64,000 nt of DNA, taken from the NCBI RefSeq assembly GCF_028368995.1, contig NZ_JAQNDL010000001.1:2432001-2496000 (forward strand), written 5' to 3'. Below, piece by piece: positions 1-8,680 of this stretch. This DNA is from Nannocystis bainbridge. GTDB taxonomy: Bacteria; Myxococcota_A; Polyangia; Nannocystales; Nannocystaceae. The stretch's first letter is position 1; every line of letters begins with the position of its first letter. The position numbers were made by a program, and so were the translations under genes. Below the pieces are notes generated by a model. That model worked only from the letters and a program-made list of their open reading frames with translations. It was not told where the DNA came from and did no database searches.

Positions 1-500
1 AGCCCGGCCTCGCCCTGGACGTCGCCGCAACCTTCGCCGAGGATCGTCTCGGGCGCGCCGACATCACGCGTCGGCGCCGCCGGATCGACGCCGAACGGCA
101 AAAAGGCCGGGTGGAACGCGCCGGAAATGCCCTTGATGTATTCCGCGCCGAGCAGCTGGGCCAGCACGCCGCAGCGGAGGAATTGACCGGCGAGGCTGGT
201 CTCGGCGGTCGGGCATTGCGTGCCGATGTAGGCCTGGATCCGGCTGGCGGTGTCGAGCATCGCGTTCGCCTTGGCCTTGACCTCGATACCGACGCGTTGC
301 CCGCACTCGCAGCGGGCGCGGTTGCTGAAGTACCTGAAGTCGCGCTCGACCATCGGCCGCACGAACTCGCCGCTCTCGTCGGTCACATAGTACGTCACCG
401 AGAAATCGCCCGGATCGGGCAACGCGGCGCGGGCAGTCCCGGCGAAGCCGAAGGTCGCAAGCAGCGCAGCATAGACATAGCGTGTCGAGATATCGGGCAT
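1..500 (-). CDS. Secreted Cys-containing protein, N-terminal part (runs off the left edge; absent from the ORF track)
   Basis: Manual translation from ATG 500 gives MPDISTRYVYAALLATFGFAGTARAALPDPGDFSVTYYVTDESGEF...RARCECGQ. It has a signal peptide with an ARA cleavage site and stays open to position 1. Confidence 0.75.
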   Translation of the reverse strand, partial: MPDISTRYVYAALLATFGFAGTARAALPDPGDFSVTYYVTDESGEFVRPMVERDFRYFSNRARCECGQRVGIEVKAKANAMLDTASRIQAYIGTQCPTAETSLAGQFLRCGVLAQLLGAEYIKGISGAFHPAFLPFGVDPAAPTRDVGAPETILGEGCGDVQGEAG

Positions 501-645
501 GTCGATCGAACCTGGCTCGCGTCGAGGTTGTTCCGCCGATGATCACGGCGTCAAGGGCATCACCATCCCGGTATAGCGCCAATCCGCCGCGAGCCTCTCG
601 ATCTGTGAAGGGCGCGACCTGTTCAATTGCCAGGCGCCGAGAAAT

Positions 646-1116
646 TCATGAGCAGGCCGATCCACGAGGGCCCTCGGCCCGCGGCAGCTGGACCACCCGC
701 GTCCCCCCGGCGAACGCGTCGTGATTGCCCTGGCGCTGCGGGCTGCGGGCGATCGCCCTGGCGATCACGATCCACGCGGCGAGCGCGAGCAGCGGGCCGA
801 CGAACGGGACCGAGCCGACCAGCGTGAACGCCTCGCGCCACAGCGACTGGCGCAACGTCGGCCGCCCGCCGGCGGGCCCGAGCACGCGCAGCCGCAGCGC
901 CAGCTTGCCGGGTGTCGCGCCCAGCCCGGCGTCGAACAGGCTGAAGTAGAAGAACACGAAAGCCGAGCCGACCAGCAACCAGTCGAAGCCGTAGCCCATC
1001 ACCTGCCCGAGGCCGACTTCGACGGCGGCGAGGATCAGGACATCGAGCCCGCGGGCCAGCAGGCGCACCGGGAACTCGGCGGGGGTCGGAGCAGAAGTGG
1101 ACGATGCGACGGTCAT
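646..1116 (-). CDS. RDD family membrane protein
   Basis: RLLARGLD, GATPGKLALRLRV and RQGNHDAFAGGTRVV motifs; start at ATG 1116. Confidence 0.85.
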   Translation of the reverse strand: MTVASSTSAPTPAEFPVRLLARGLDVLILAAVEVGLGQVMGYGFDWLLVGSAFVFFYFSLFDAGLGATPGKLALRLRVLGPAGGRPTLRQSLWREAFTLVGSVPFVGPLLALAAWIVIARAIARSPQRQGNHDAFAGGTRVVQLPRAEGPRGSACS

Positions 1117-1182
1117 GGCAGAGCCTCCGCGTGATGGACCGCGGCGGCCGGCGCGACTCATCGGTCGCCACGGCAAAAATCG

Positions 1183-2415
1183 TCACTCGAAAGGCGCCAC
1201 CGCCCGCACCTCGAAGTCGGCGTCGATCCGGACCGCGAACTCGCAGCGGGCCTCCGACTCGCGCAGGATCACGATCGCGTGCTCGCCTCGCGCGTGGGCC
1301 GTGAACGACCACAGCCCGTCCGGCAGGTCGACCAGCGCCCGCTCCTCCGCGCGGCCGAGCTCGACCAGCGGGGCCAGGCGCGCCGTCAGGCCCGACTCCG
1401 CCAGTGACAGCGCGAGCACGCGGTCCCCCAGCGGCAGCACCGTGAAGTCGAGGTAGTCGCTGGCCGGCAGCGGCGGGTGCCGCTCGACCCGCGCCGTGCC
1501 CTCGGGGCGGGTCGTCAGCTCGACGATGTCGCGCGAACCTGTCCCCGAGAACATGTTGTCGTCCTTCCACAGCACGCGGCCGGCCCCGCGGGAGAAGGCG
1601 ACACGCGTGTCGAGGCTGTCGAGGTTGTGCAGCGCCAGCGGCGACCACTGACCGGCGCGGCAGAACGCGGTCGCCACCTGCGGCGTCTCGGGCCCGTGGG
1701 AGATCTCGATCGCCAGGAACGACGCCTCGCCGTGCGTGCGCAGGTGGAACTGACACGGATACACGCCGGGCGAAGTCGCCGGCACCAGGCCGAGCTCGAC
1801 GCGCGGGCCGACCCCCGCGGCGCCGACCCGACGGGCGAACATCCGCAGCACCGTGGCCTCGGCGATGGCGCCGAACAACCACCCGCCGCGGATCGTGCCG
1901 GTCTCGGCCAGCGCGCGCCGCTCCACCCGCCCGCTCGGGTGTGCGATCACCAGCTGCGACGCGTTGCGCCAGCTCTCGGTCTCGAGCGCCAGCACCGCCC
2001 CATCGGCGAGCGCGTAGCCGGTGACCGTGCGACCGAGCGCCCACGGCATGCGCCGCTGACCCGACAGCGGCATCAGCCGCGTCGATCGCCCCAGCGGCTC
2101 GCGGATCCGCAGCCACAGCGGGCTGTTCGGCTCGCCCGCCAGGATCTCCGCCTCCTCGGCCAGACCGGCGCTGTGCAGCGCATCGGCCTCGTCGGCCTCG
2201 GCGAAGCCGACCTCGGGGACCACCGTCACGCGCACACGGGGCTCGCCGGCGGCGCTCCCGGCGAACTCACACAACAGCTGACGGTCCGGGTCGAAGCACA
2301 CCAGCTCGGCCGCCGGCTCGTGGTTGCGCAGCCACGCCGGCTCGCAATCGCGGACGAACGGCACGACGACCGCGCCGGTGCCAGCGACGCGGGGGCAGTC
2401 GGCTGGCGCGCGCAT
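1183..2415 (-). CDS. Hypothetical protein, about 410 aa
   Basis: Open frame with GC-rich third codon positions. ATG 2415 is preceded by a -10-like TAGCGT. The upstream part of the track ORF is antisense to ygiD. Confidence 0.6.
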   Translation of the reverse strand: MRAPADCPRVAGTGAVVVPFVRDCEPAWLRNHEPAAELVCFDPDRQLLCEFAGSAAGEPRVRVTVVPEVGFAEADEADALHSAGLAEEAEILAGEPNSPLWLRIREPLGRSTRLMPLSGQRRMPWALGRTVTGYALADGAVLALETESWRNASQLVIAHPSGRVERRALAETGTIRGGWLFGAIAEATVLRMFARRVGAAGVGPRVELGLVPATSPGVYPCQFHLRTHGEASFLAIEISHGPETPQVATAFCRAGQWSPLALHNLDSLDTRVAFSRGAGRVLWKDDNMFSGTGSRDIVELTTRPEGTARVERHPPLPASDYLDFTVLPLGDRVLALSLAESGLTARLAPLVELGRAEERALVDLPDGLWSFTAHARGEHAIVILRESEARCEFAVRIDADFEVRAVAPFE

Positions 2416-2554
2416 CTGGGCTGACGCTAGCGCGAGCCTCCCGCTCTCGTCGAGGGTTCGTGGATTGTCGACAGCAGCGCAACAATACGTTGCTCCGGCC
2501 CCGGCTTGTCCGGGCCCGCGCGGGGTAACATACCAGGCGGTCAGGAGCCCCTGC

Positions 2555-3334
2555 ATGCCCACCACGCCCGTCCTGTTCGTCGGCCACGGTTCACCGATGA
2601 ACGTCATCCTCGACAATGCCTGGACGCGGTCGTTCAAGGATCTCGGAGCGGCGTTGCCGACGCCGCGGGCCATCCTCGCCATCTCGGCGCACTGGTACAC
2701 GCGCGGCACCTTCGTGACCGCCGGCGGCGACCCGCCGACGATCCACGACTTCGGCAATTTCCCCCGCCGGCTGTTCGAGATCCAGTACCCGGCCCGCGGC
2801 CACGACGAGCTCGCGCGCCGGGTCTGCGAGCTGCTGGTCGGCGACAAGGCCGCGCCGCGCAGCGACTGGGGCCTCGATCACGGGACCTGGTCCGTCCTGC
2901 ACCACATGTACCCGCGCGCCGACGTGCCGGTGGTGCAGCTCAGCATCGACCACCGGCGGCCGCCGGCCGAGCACCTGGCGATCGGTCGCGCGCTCGCGCC
3001 CCTGCGCGAGGAGGGCGTCCTGATCCTCGCCAGCGGCAACATCACGCACAACCTGCGCGCCGCCATGCAGTGGGCGCAGAGCGGCGACGGCACGCAGCAG
3101 GAGTGGGCCCTGCAATTCGACGCCGACGTGGCCCGGGCGGTCGAGCAGCATGACCACGAGTTCCTCGCCCGCGCCCCCGAGAGCCCGCTCGGGCGCCAGA
3201 ACCACCCGAGCCTCGACCACTACTTGCCGCTGCTCTACGCCGTCGGGGCCGCGCACGAGACCGAGGCCCCGCGGTTCTTCAACCCCGGCTTCGACCTCGG
3301 CTCGATCTCGATGCGCGGCGCCGTGTTCGGCTAG
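2555..3334 (+). CDS. ygiD: 4,5-DOPA extradiol dioxygenase (LigB family)
   Basis: LFVGHGSPMN, ISAHW, TIHDFGNFP, GLDHGTW, SGNITHNL and HPSLDHYLPL motifs. Confidence 0.92.
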   Translation: MPTTPVLFVGHGSPMNVILDNAWTRSFKDLGAALPTPRAILAISAHWYTRGTFVTAGGDPPTIHDFGNFPRRLFEIQYPARGHDELARRVCELLVGDKAAPRSDWGLDHGTWSVLHHMYPRADVPVVQLSIDHRRPPAEHLAIGRALAPLREEGVLILASGNITHNLRAAMQWAQSGDGTQQEWALQFDADVARAVEQHDHEFLARAPESPLGRQNHPSLDHYLPLLYAVGAAHETEAPRFFNPGFDLGSISMRGAVFG

Positions 3335-5277
3335 TCGACCCGCGCCACCTCGAGGCAGGCCGCCCGCGCGCGCTCGCGGCTGACCACGCGCTCGCGGATC
3401 GACGCCTCCACCATCGCCGCGATCCGGGTCCGCTGGGCTGGGTCGCGCGGCAGCGGCAGCACCAGCTCGCCGACGCGGTCGCCGAGCGAGTCGATGATGT
3501 CCTGCGTGAACCGCTTGGCCTCGATCTGCTTGCGCACCGGCTCCGAGCCGAGCATCGCCAGCAGCAGGTACGGCGACAGCAGCTCGGGCCGGCGCACGCG
3601 CAGCTTCAGCAGGTGGCTCTGGAACACGATGCGCGTGTCGTGCTCGGTGATGAACGCACACGTGCCGATCAGGTACGTGCCGTCGCGGACCATCAGGATG
3701 TCGCCCGCGCGCACGTCCTGCTTGGCGCGCAGCGACTCGTAGACCGCCTCGCCGACGCAGTGCTTGGGGTCGAGCTTGAGCTCCCAGTTGGAGAGATCGG
3801 AGGTGCGCACGAACGGCACGTCGCCGCCGCCGTACGCCAGCTTGCCGACCTCGTGCCCGCTGGTGATGCCGAGGATCCCGTCGTCGATCAGCTGCTGAAT
3901 CGACACCAGCTCGTGCGTGCGCTGCAGCCGGGCCAGGGTGGCCGCGACCCGCGGGTCGTAGTAGCGCGGGGCCAGCACGTTGCCGCGCACGGCCTCGGGC
4001 GCGACCGCGTGGCCGAGGCGGCTGGCCGCGGGCGGGCTGCCGGCCTCGTGCTGGCGGAACCGGTCGCCGATCTCCGGCAGCTCGTCGCGGGCGATGCTGC
4101 GGCCGCGGCTGTCCTTGCCGCACCACGCCGCCTCGGCCATGAAGATCGCCGGCCGCTCGCTCGCCGGCGCCGGCTCGCGGCGGGTCAGCAGCACCAGGCA
4201 CACCTTGGTGTGCGTGCCGCCCTTGCCCGACGTCTTGAACAGCTCCTCGGGCATGCCGATGACCGCCCGCAGATCTGCCTGTTCGAACATGTACTGAACG
4301 ACATGTCGATACGACTTGCCGGAGATCAGGCTCTCGGGCAGCACCAGGCCGACGCGGCCGCCGGGGCGGGCCAGCGCCAGCAGACGCTCGACGAACAGCA
4401 CCTGCGGCGAGACCCCGCGCTGCAGCCGGGGCGTGCGCTCCCAGCGATCGTCGGCGCCGCGCCGCCACGCGTGGCCGAGCGCGAACGTCTGCTGGACCTC
4501 GGTCGACGCCGCCACGATCTTGGCCCCGAACGGCGGGTTGGCGAGCACGACGTCGAACCCGCGCTGCTCGCACGCGATAGGTCCGCCGTCTTCGCCCTGC
4601 CAGGCCAGCGTGTCGCCGCAGTAGACCCGCGCCGGCGCCATCGTCACCAGCCCGACGTGCGCGCGCGCCAGCCCGGCCAGGTAGCGGTCCTTGTCGATCC
4701 CGACCACGCTGCGCGCCACCTCGGCCGGCGCGCCGCCGCGGGCCACCAGCCGCCGCGCCGTGTGGCTGAGGAACCCGCCGGCGCCGCAGGCCGGGTCGAT
4801 CACCCGCTCGCCGGGGCGCGGATCGACCAGGTCGACCAGCATGCGCACCGCCGTCTGCGGGGTGAAGAACTGGCCCTCGACCCCGCGCGTCGCCGACGCG
4901 GTGAACACCTCGTAGGCGTCGCCGATCGGGTCGCAGCGCGGGTCGTCGAGGTCGAGCCCGCGCAGCTCGCGGTCGACCTCGTGCAGCGTCGCCGCGTCGA
5001 GCCCGATCTGCGCGTCGGCGGCGAACACCTCGGGCATGAGCGCCTGCAGCCGCGCGAGCTGGGCCCGGTAGAACCCCAGCAGCGCGCCCGCCTCGCCCGG
5101 CGCCGCGTCGCCGCTGCGGACCGTCAGCGTCCGGCAGAACACGCAGCGCAGCACCTCGTCGAGCAGCGCCGCGTCGCGGGTCGCGCCGACCAACCGGCCG
5201 GCCAGGAAGTTGCGCAGCCGGCCGAACATGGCCCTGGTCTCAGGGACCTGCGTCGAAGGACATGTCTCTTCAAACAT
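3331..5277 (-). CDS. N6-adenine DNA methyltransferase (HsdM-like) with a C-terminal target-recognition (HsdS-like) domain; start could be 5229
   Basis: GQFFTP, IDPACGAGGFL (motif I) and LANPPFG (motif IV). The C-terminal VPFVRTSDL...VRAGDILM...LVLPLP segment resembles a TRD. Confidence 0.85.
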   Translation of the reverse strand: MFEETCPSTQVPETRAMFGRLRNFLAGRLVGATRDAALLDEVLRCVFCRTLTVRSGDAAPGEAGALLGFYRAQLARLQALMPEVFAADAQIGLDAATLHEVDRELRGLDLDDPRCDPIGDAYEVFTASATRGVEGQFFTPQTAVRMLVDLVDPRPGERVIDPACGAGGFLSHTARRLVARGGAPAEVARSVVGIDKDRYLAGLARAHVGLVTMAPARVYCGDTLAWQGEDGGPIACEQRGFDVVLANPPFGAKIVAASTEVQQTFALGHAWRRGADDRWERTPRLQRGVSPQVLFVERLLALARPGGRVGLVLPESLISGKSYRHVVQYMFEQADLRAVIGMPEELFKTSGKGGTHTKVCLVLLTRREPAPASERPAIFMAEAAWCGKDSRGRSIARDELPEIGDRFRQHEAGSPPAASRLGHAVAPEAVRGNVLAPRYYDPRVAATLARLQRTHELVSIQQLIDDGILGITSGHEVGKLAYGGGDVPFVRTSDLSNWELKLDPKHCVGEAVYESLRAKQDVRAGDILMVRDGTYLIGTCAFITEHDTRIVFQSHLLKLRVRRPELLSPYLLLAMLGSEPVRKQIEAKRFTQDIIDSLGDRVGELVLPLPRDPAQRTRIAAMVEASIRERVVSRERARAACLEVARVD

Positions 5278-5295
5278 GTGCTTTCAGTCATCCCC
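5230..5295. repeat. 14-bp-period palindrome array
   Basis: Cores at 5233, 5247, 5261, 5275 and 5289. Confidence 0.7.
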
Positions 5296-5445
5296 GCCGC
5301 AGCAGCTCGAACCCGACCTCGCGCCCCTGCCCGCCGAGGAGCCGGCGGCGACCAGGCGGCGGGCGATGGCAGAATCGTGCGACGACATGGCGCGCAGCCT
5401 ACCGCGAAAGCATCGGCCGCGCGAGTCCCGCAGCCGGGCCCGAAC

Positions 5446-6285
5446 CTACTGACAGGTCAGCGGCGCGCCGTCGAAGACCGTCATGGTGCAGGTCGAGTCG
5501 GCCGCGCAGCCGCAGATCCCCGCGTAACAGGTGTCCACATTCTGTCCGCCCGCGCAGTCGCTGTCGACCGCGCAGCCGCAGCGGCCGGCCACGCACTGCA
5601 CATACCCGGGCAGCCCCGAATCGACGCAGTCCTGATCGATCTGGCACACGCACGCGCCCGACGGCACGTCGCACGCCGGGTGCCCCGTCTGCGGCACGCA
5701 GCCCTCGTCGCCCGTGCACGGGCTCTGGCACGCCCCCGCCTCGCAGCTGGCCGCCGCCTGCCCGCACACCAGCACCTCGCGCTCGCCCGCGAACAGCGGC
5801 AACATCTGCTCGACCAGCCCGAAATCGGCGCACGCGAAGGTGCCCGGGGTCAGCGCGCAGCGGCCCGCGTCGGCCACCAGCACGCACGCCTCCTCGGGCG
5901 CGCACTCGCCCGGGCCCGCGCACGGCGTCTTCCACCCCGACAGCTCGGCCAGGCACTGCGCGTCGCTGGTGCACGGCGGGAACAGGCACAGCCCGTCGAT
6001 GCAGCGGAACCCGAGGTCGCTGCCGCCGATCCGGCAGTCACGATCGCTCTCGCACTGCGACTGGCAGCGCTTGGCCTCGGGCCCCGCAGTGGTCGGCTCG
6101 CCCGTGCTGCCGGTCGTCGTCGCGCTCGTCGTCGAAGTGCTCGTCGCCGGCTCGCCGGTGGTCGGCGTCGCCGTCGACGACGACGTGGTCTGCGGCTCGC
6201 TGGCCGTCCCGGCGCCTGTCGGCGGGCACGCGGACAGGAGCCCCGCCGCGAGCCCCAGAGTTCGGATCTTGCCAGTCAACACCAT
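5446..6285 (-). CDS. Cys-rich lipoprotein
   Basis: Lipobox LLSAC, Thr/Ser-rich linker and repeated CxxDxxC modules. Confidence 0.8.
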   Translation of the reverse strand: MVLTGKIRTLGLAAGLLSACPPTGAGTASEPQTTSSSTATPTTGEPATSTSTTSATTTGSTGEPTTAGPEAKRCQSQCESDRDCRIGGSDLGFRCIDGLCLFPPCTSDAQCLAELSGWKTPCAGPGECAPEEACVLVADAGRCALTPGTFACADFGLVEQMLPLFAGEREVLVCGQAAASCEAGACQSPCTGDEGCVPQTGHPACDVPSGACVCQIDQDCVDSGLPGYVQCVAGRCGCAVDSDCAGGQNVDTCYAGICGCAADSTCTMTVFDGAPLTCQ

Positions 6286-6367
6286 GCTGCGCGACGGTAG
6301 CGCATTTTCGCCCGTGGGCGAAGAATCCCGCGCATGCGGACCGCGAGAAGTGGCACCATCGGCCGCG

Positions 6368-7015
6368 ATGGAGCGCGGTGGCCAGGTCTCGTGCCCGCAG
6401 TGCGGGGCTCCGGCCCCGTTTCGCGGCACGGCCGTCTCGCTGGTGTGCGAGCACTGCGGCAGCACCGTCGTCCGCACCGGCGTCGACGTGCGCCTGCTCG
6501 GCCGCGTCTCCTCCGTGATCGACGACGGCAGCCCGCTGCTGCTCGGCGGCAAGGGCAGCTTCGCCGGCCGCGGCTTCGAGATCGTCGGCCGCCTGCAGCT
6601 CCGCTACGCCCGCGGCGCCTGGAGCGAGTGGTACCTGCAGTTCGCCGACGGCGTCGGCTGGCTGGCCGACTTCCAGGGCAACTTCGCCATCACCGTGCCC
6701 GCCGCCGGCGCCGATTTCCCTGGCTTTTACGACATGTCCGTGGGGACATGGCATGAAGTACATGGCGCGAAGTACATGCTCGTCGACCGCCGGGCCGCCC
6801 GCTACCAGGGCGCCGAGGGCTGCCTGCCGTTCGTCGCCGAGCCCGGCCTGACCTTCTTCGCCCTCGACCTCGCCGGCCCCGACGATCAGTTCGTCAGCCT
6901 CGACTACGGCGTCGACCCCCACAACAAGCGCCCCGCCGTTTACCTCGGCCGCGCCGTCCTGCTGGCCGAGCTCGGGCTCGACCGCCTGCGCCGCTTCGAG
7001 GGCTGGCATGACTGA
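6368..7015 (+). CDS. DUF4178-like protein with an N-terminal zinc ribbon
   Basis: CPQCGAP...CEHCGS, followed by GRLQLRY..GAWSEWYL and AEGCLPF. Confidence 0.85.
   Translation: MERGGQVSCPQCGAPAPFRGTAVSLVCEHCGSTVVRTGVDVRLLGRVSSVIDDGSPLLLGGKGSFAGRGFEIVGRLQLRYARGAWSEWYLQFADGVGWLADFQGNFAITVPAAGADFPGFYDMSVGTWHEVHGAKYMLVDRRAARYQGAEGCLPFVAEPGLTFFALDLAGPDDQFVSLDYGVDPHNKRPAVYLGRAVLLAELGLDRLRRFEGWHD
6730..6781. repeat. 14-bp-period palindrome array inside a CDS
   Basis: CATG at 6733, 6747, 6761 and 6775. Confidence 0.85.
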
Positions 7016-8393
7016 AGCGACCCCCGACGTCACCCCGCGGCGCGCCGAGGCCACTCCGCAGCGGCTGTTCCGCGACGAGGCCCGCACCGAGGCCGTGCAG
7101 TGCGTGGCCTGCGGCGGCCCGCTCGCGCTGCGCGGCTTCGGGGCGATCCAGCGGGTCGTCTGCCCCGCCTGCGGCAGCACCCTGCGACCCGAGGACAGCG
7201 GCGCGCTGGCGCTGATCGACCGGGCCGCCCGCGCCCACCAGCCGTCGACGCTGCCGCTGCACGCCCGCGGCCGGCTCGACGGCGCCACCTGGGAGATCGT
7301 CGGCATCTGCTGGCGCACCGTCCTCAGCCCGCCGTGGCCGTGGCAGGAGTTCCTGCTCTACAACCCCTACCGCGGCTACCGCTACCTGGCCTGGTCGGAG
7401 CGCGACGGCCACTGGTCTTTGGGACAGGTCATCCCCGGCGCGCCGCAGATCGTCGGCGGCAAGCGCCACGTCATCGCCTACCGCGGCCGCCGCTACCGCC
7501 ACTTCGCCGGCGCCGACGCCCACGTGACCTACGCCGAGGGCGAGTTCCCGTGGCAGGTCCAGGTCGGCGACGCCGCCCACGTCGACGACTTCGTGGCCCC
7601 GCCGCACGGCATCTCGATCGAGGAGGTCGTGGCCGCCGACGGCGTCGAGCTGACCCGCACGGCCACGCGTCACCTCGACGCCGACGCGGTCTGGCGCGCC
7701 TTCGACCGCCCGGGCAAGCCGCCCAAACCGAAGGGCGTCGGCATGCTCGCGCCCAACCGCTGGCGCGAGCAGGCGCGCTCGCTGTGGCTGTCGTGCCTGG
7801 TCTTCGCGCTCGCCTGGTACGCCGCGGTCCAGCTGGTGGCCGGCCGCGCCAGCGAGCGCGAGGTGTTCCTCGCCACCGACCTGGGGTTCGACGCCGTGCT
7901 CTCGCAGGAGATCACGATCGGCGAGCCGGGCGGCCACACCACCGTCGAGGTCTCGTTCTCCGCCTACCCGCTCGACAACTCGTGGGCGTTCGCCGAGGTG
8001 GTGCTGATCCCGCTCGAGAGCGAGGAGGCGATCGGCCTCGGCCTCGAGGTCAGCAGCTACAGCGGCTTCGAGGACGGCGAGTCGTGGACCGAGAGCGAGC
8101 GCCAGGCCGACCAGGTCCTCGGCCGCGTGCCCGGCGGCCGCTACCTGCTGCAGGTCACCCCCGAGCGCGACACCAGCGCGCTGACCGGCAGCGACCCGCT
8201 CGGCATCCACCTCGGCGGCCCGTTCGGGGTCCGCAGCCCCGACACCTGGGCCCTCCGCGTGCGCGAGGACGTGTTCCTGACCCGCTACGCCGTGCTCCCG
8301 CTCCCCATCATCCTCGGCTTCCCGCTGCTCGCCTGGCTGCTCGGGCGCCGGCGCGAGCGCAAGCGCTGGGCCAACAGCGACTACCCGCTCTGA
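7008..8393 (+). CDS. DUF4178-like membrane protein with a zinc ribbon
   Basis: CVACGG...CPACGS, WQEFLLYNPYRGYRYL and AEGEFPWQV; two TM segments; C-terminal ERKRWANSD. Confidence 0.85.
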   Translation: MTEATPDVTPRRAEATPQRLFRDEARTEAVQCVACGGPLALRGFGAIQRVVCPACGSTLRPEDSGALALIDRAARAHQPSTLPLHARGRLDGATWEIVGICWRTVLSPPWPWQEFLLYNPYRGYRYLAWSERDGHWSLGQVIPGAPQIVGGKRHVIAYRGRRYRHFAGADAHVTYAEGEFPWQVQVGDAAHVDDFVAPPHGISIEEVVAADGVELTRTATRHLDADAVWRAFDRPGKPPKPKGVGMLAPNRWREQARSLWLSCLVFALAWYAAVQLVAGRASEREVFLATDLGFDAVLSQEITIGEPGGHTTVEVSFSAYPLDNSWAFAEVVLIPLESEEAIGLGLEVSSYSGFEDGESWTESERQADQVLGRVPGGRYLLQVTPERDTSALTGSDPLGIHLGGPFGVRSPDTWALRVREDVFLTRYAVLPLPIILGFPLLAWLLGRRRERKRWANSDYPL

Positions 8394-8431
8394 GCCGCTC
8401 TCGCGCCGCCCGCATCATCCACTGACTCTTC

Positions 8432-8469
8432 GGACATGTCTTATCGAACATGACCTCTCCGACATGCCC
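8432..8469. repeat. 14-bp-period palindrome array
   Basis: CATG at 8435, 8449 and 8463. Confidence 0.85.
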
Positions 8470-8493
8470 TGATCGCCCTCCCCTGCCCTGACC

Positions 8494-8679
8494 ATGTTCC
8501 GCAAGATCTACTGGACCTGCTCCGTCGCCGCCCTGCTGCTCCTGCTGCTCGGGGCGCGTTCGGGCTTCTTGCTGGCCGGCACGCCCGAGCGCGGCAAGGT
8601 CGAGCGCGACCCTGACGGCACCGTGCGCGGGCGGGCCGCCTTCGTCTGGCTCGGCGGCGGCTACCACGGCGGCAAGTGA
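8494..8679 (+). CDS. Small membrane or secreted protein (61 aa) ending GGGYHGGK
   Basis: Hydrophobic N-terminus; its stop is 1 nt from the next ATG. Confidence 0.75.
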   Translation: MFRKIYWTCSVAALLLLLLGARSGFLLAGTPERGKVERDPDGTVRGRAAFVWLGGGYHGGK

Positions 8680-8680
8680 C

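Noticed and set aside
64-582. Track ORFs 64..582 (-) and 111..542 (+)
   Set aside because: The real gene is in another - strand frame, from ATG 500 running off the window edge.
470-640. Possible array units near 498/511 and 618/631
   Set aside because: The spacing is 13 bp rather than 14, so they were not counted.
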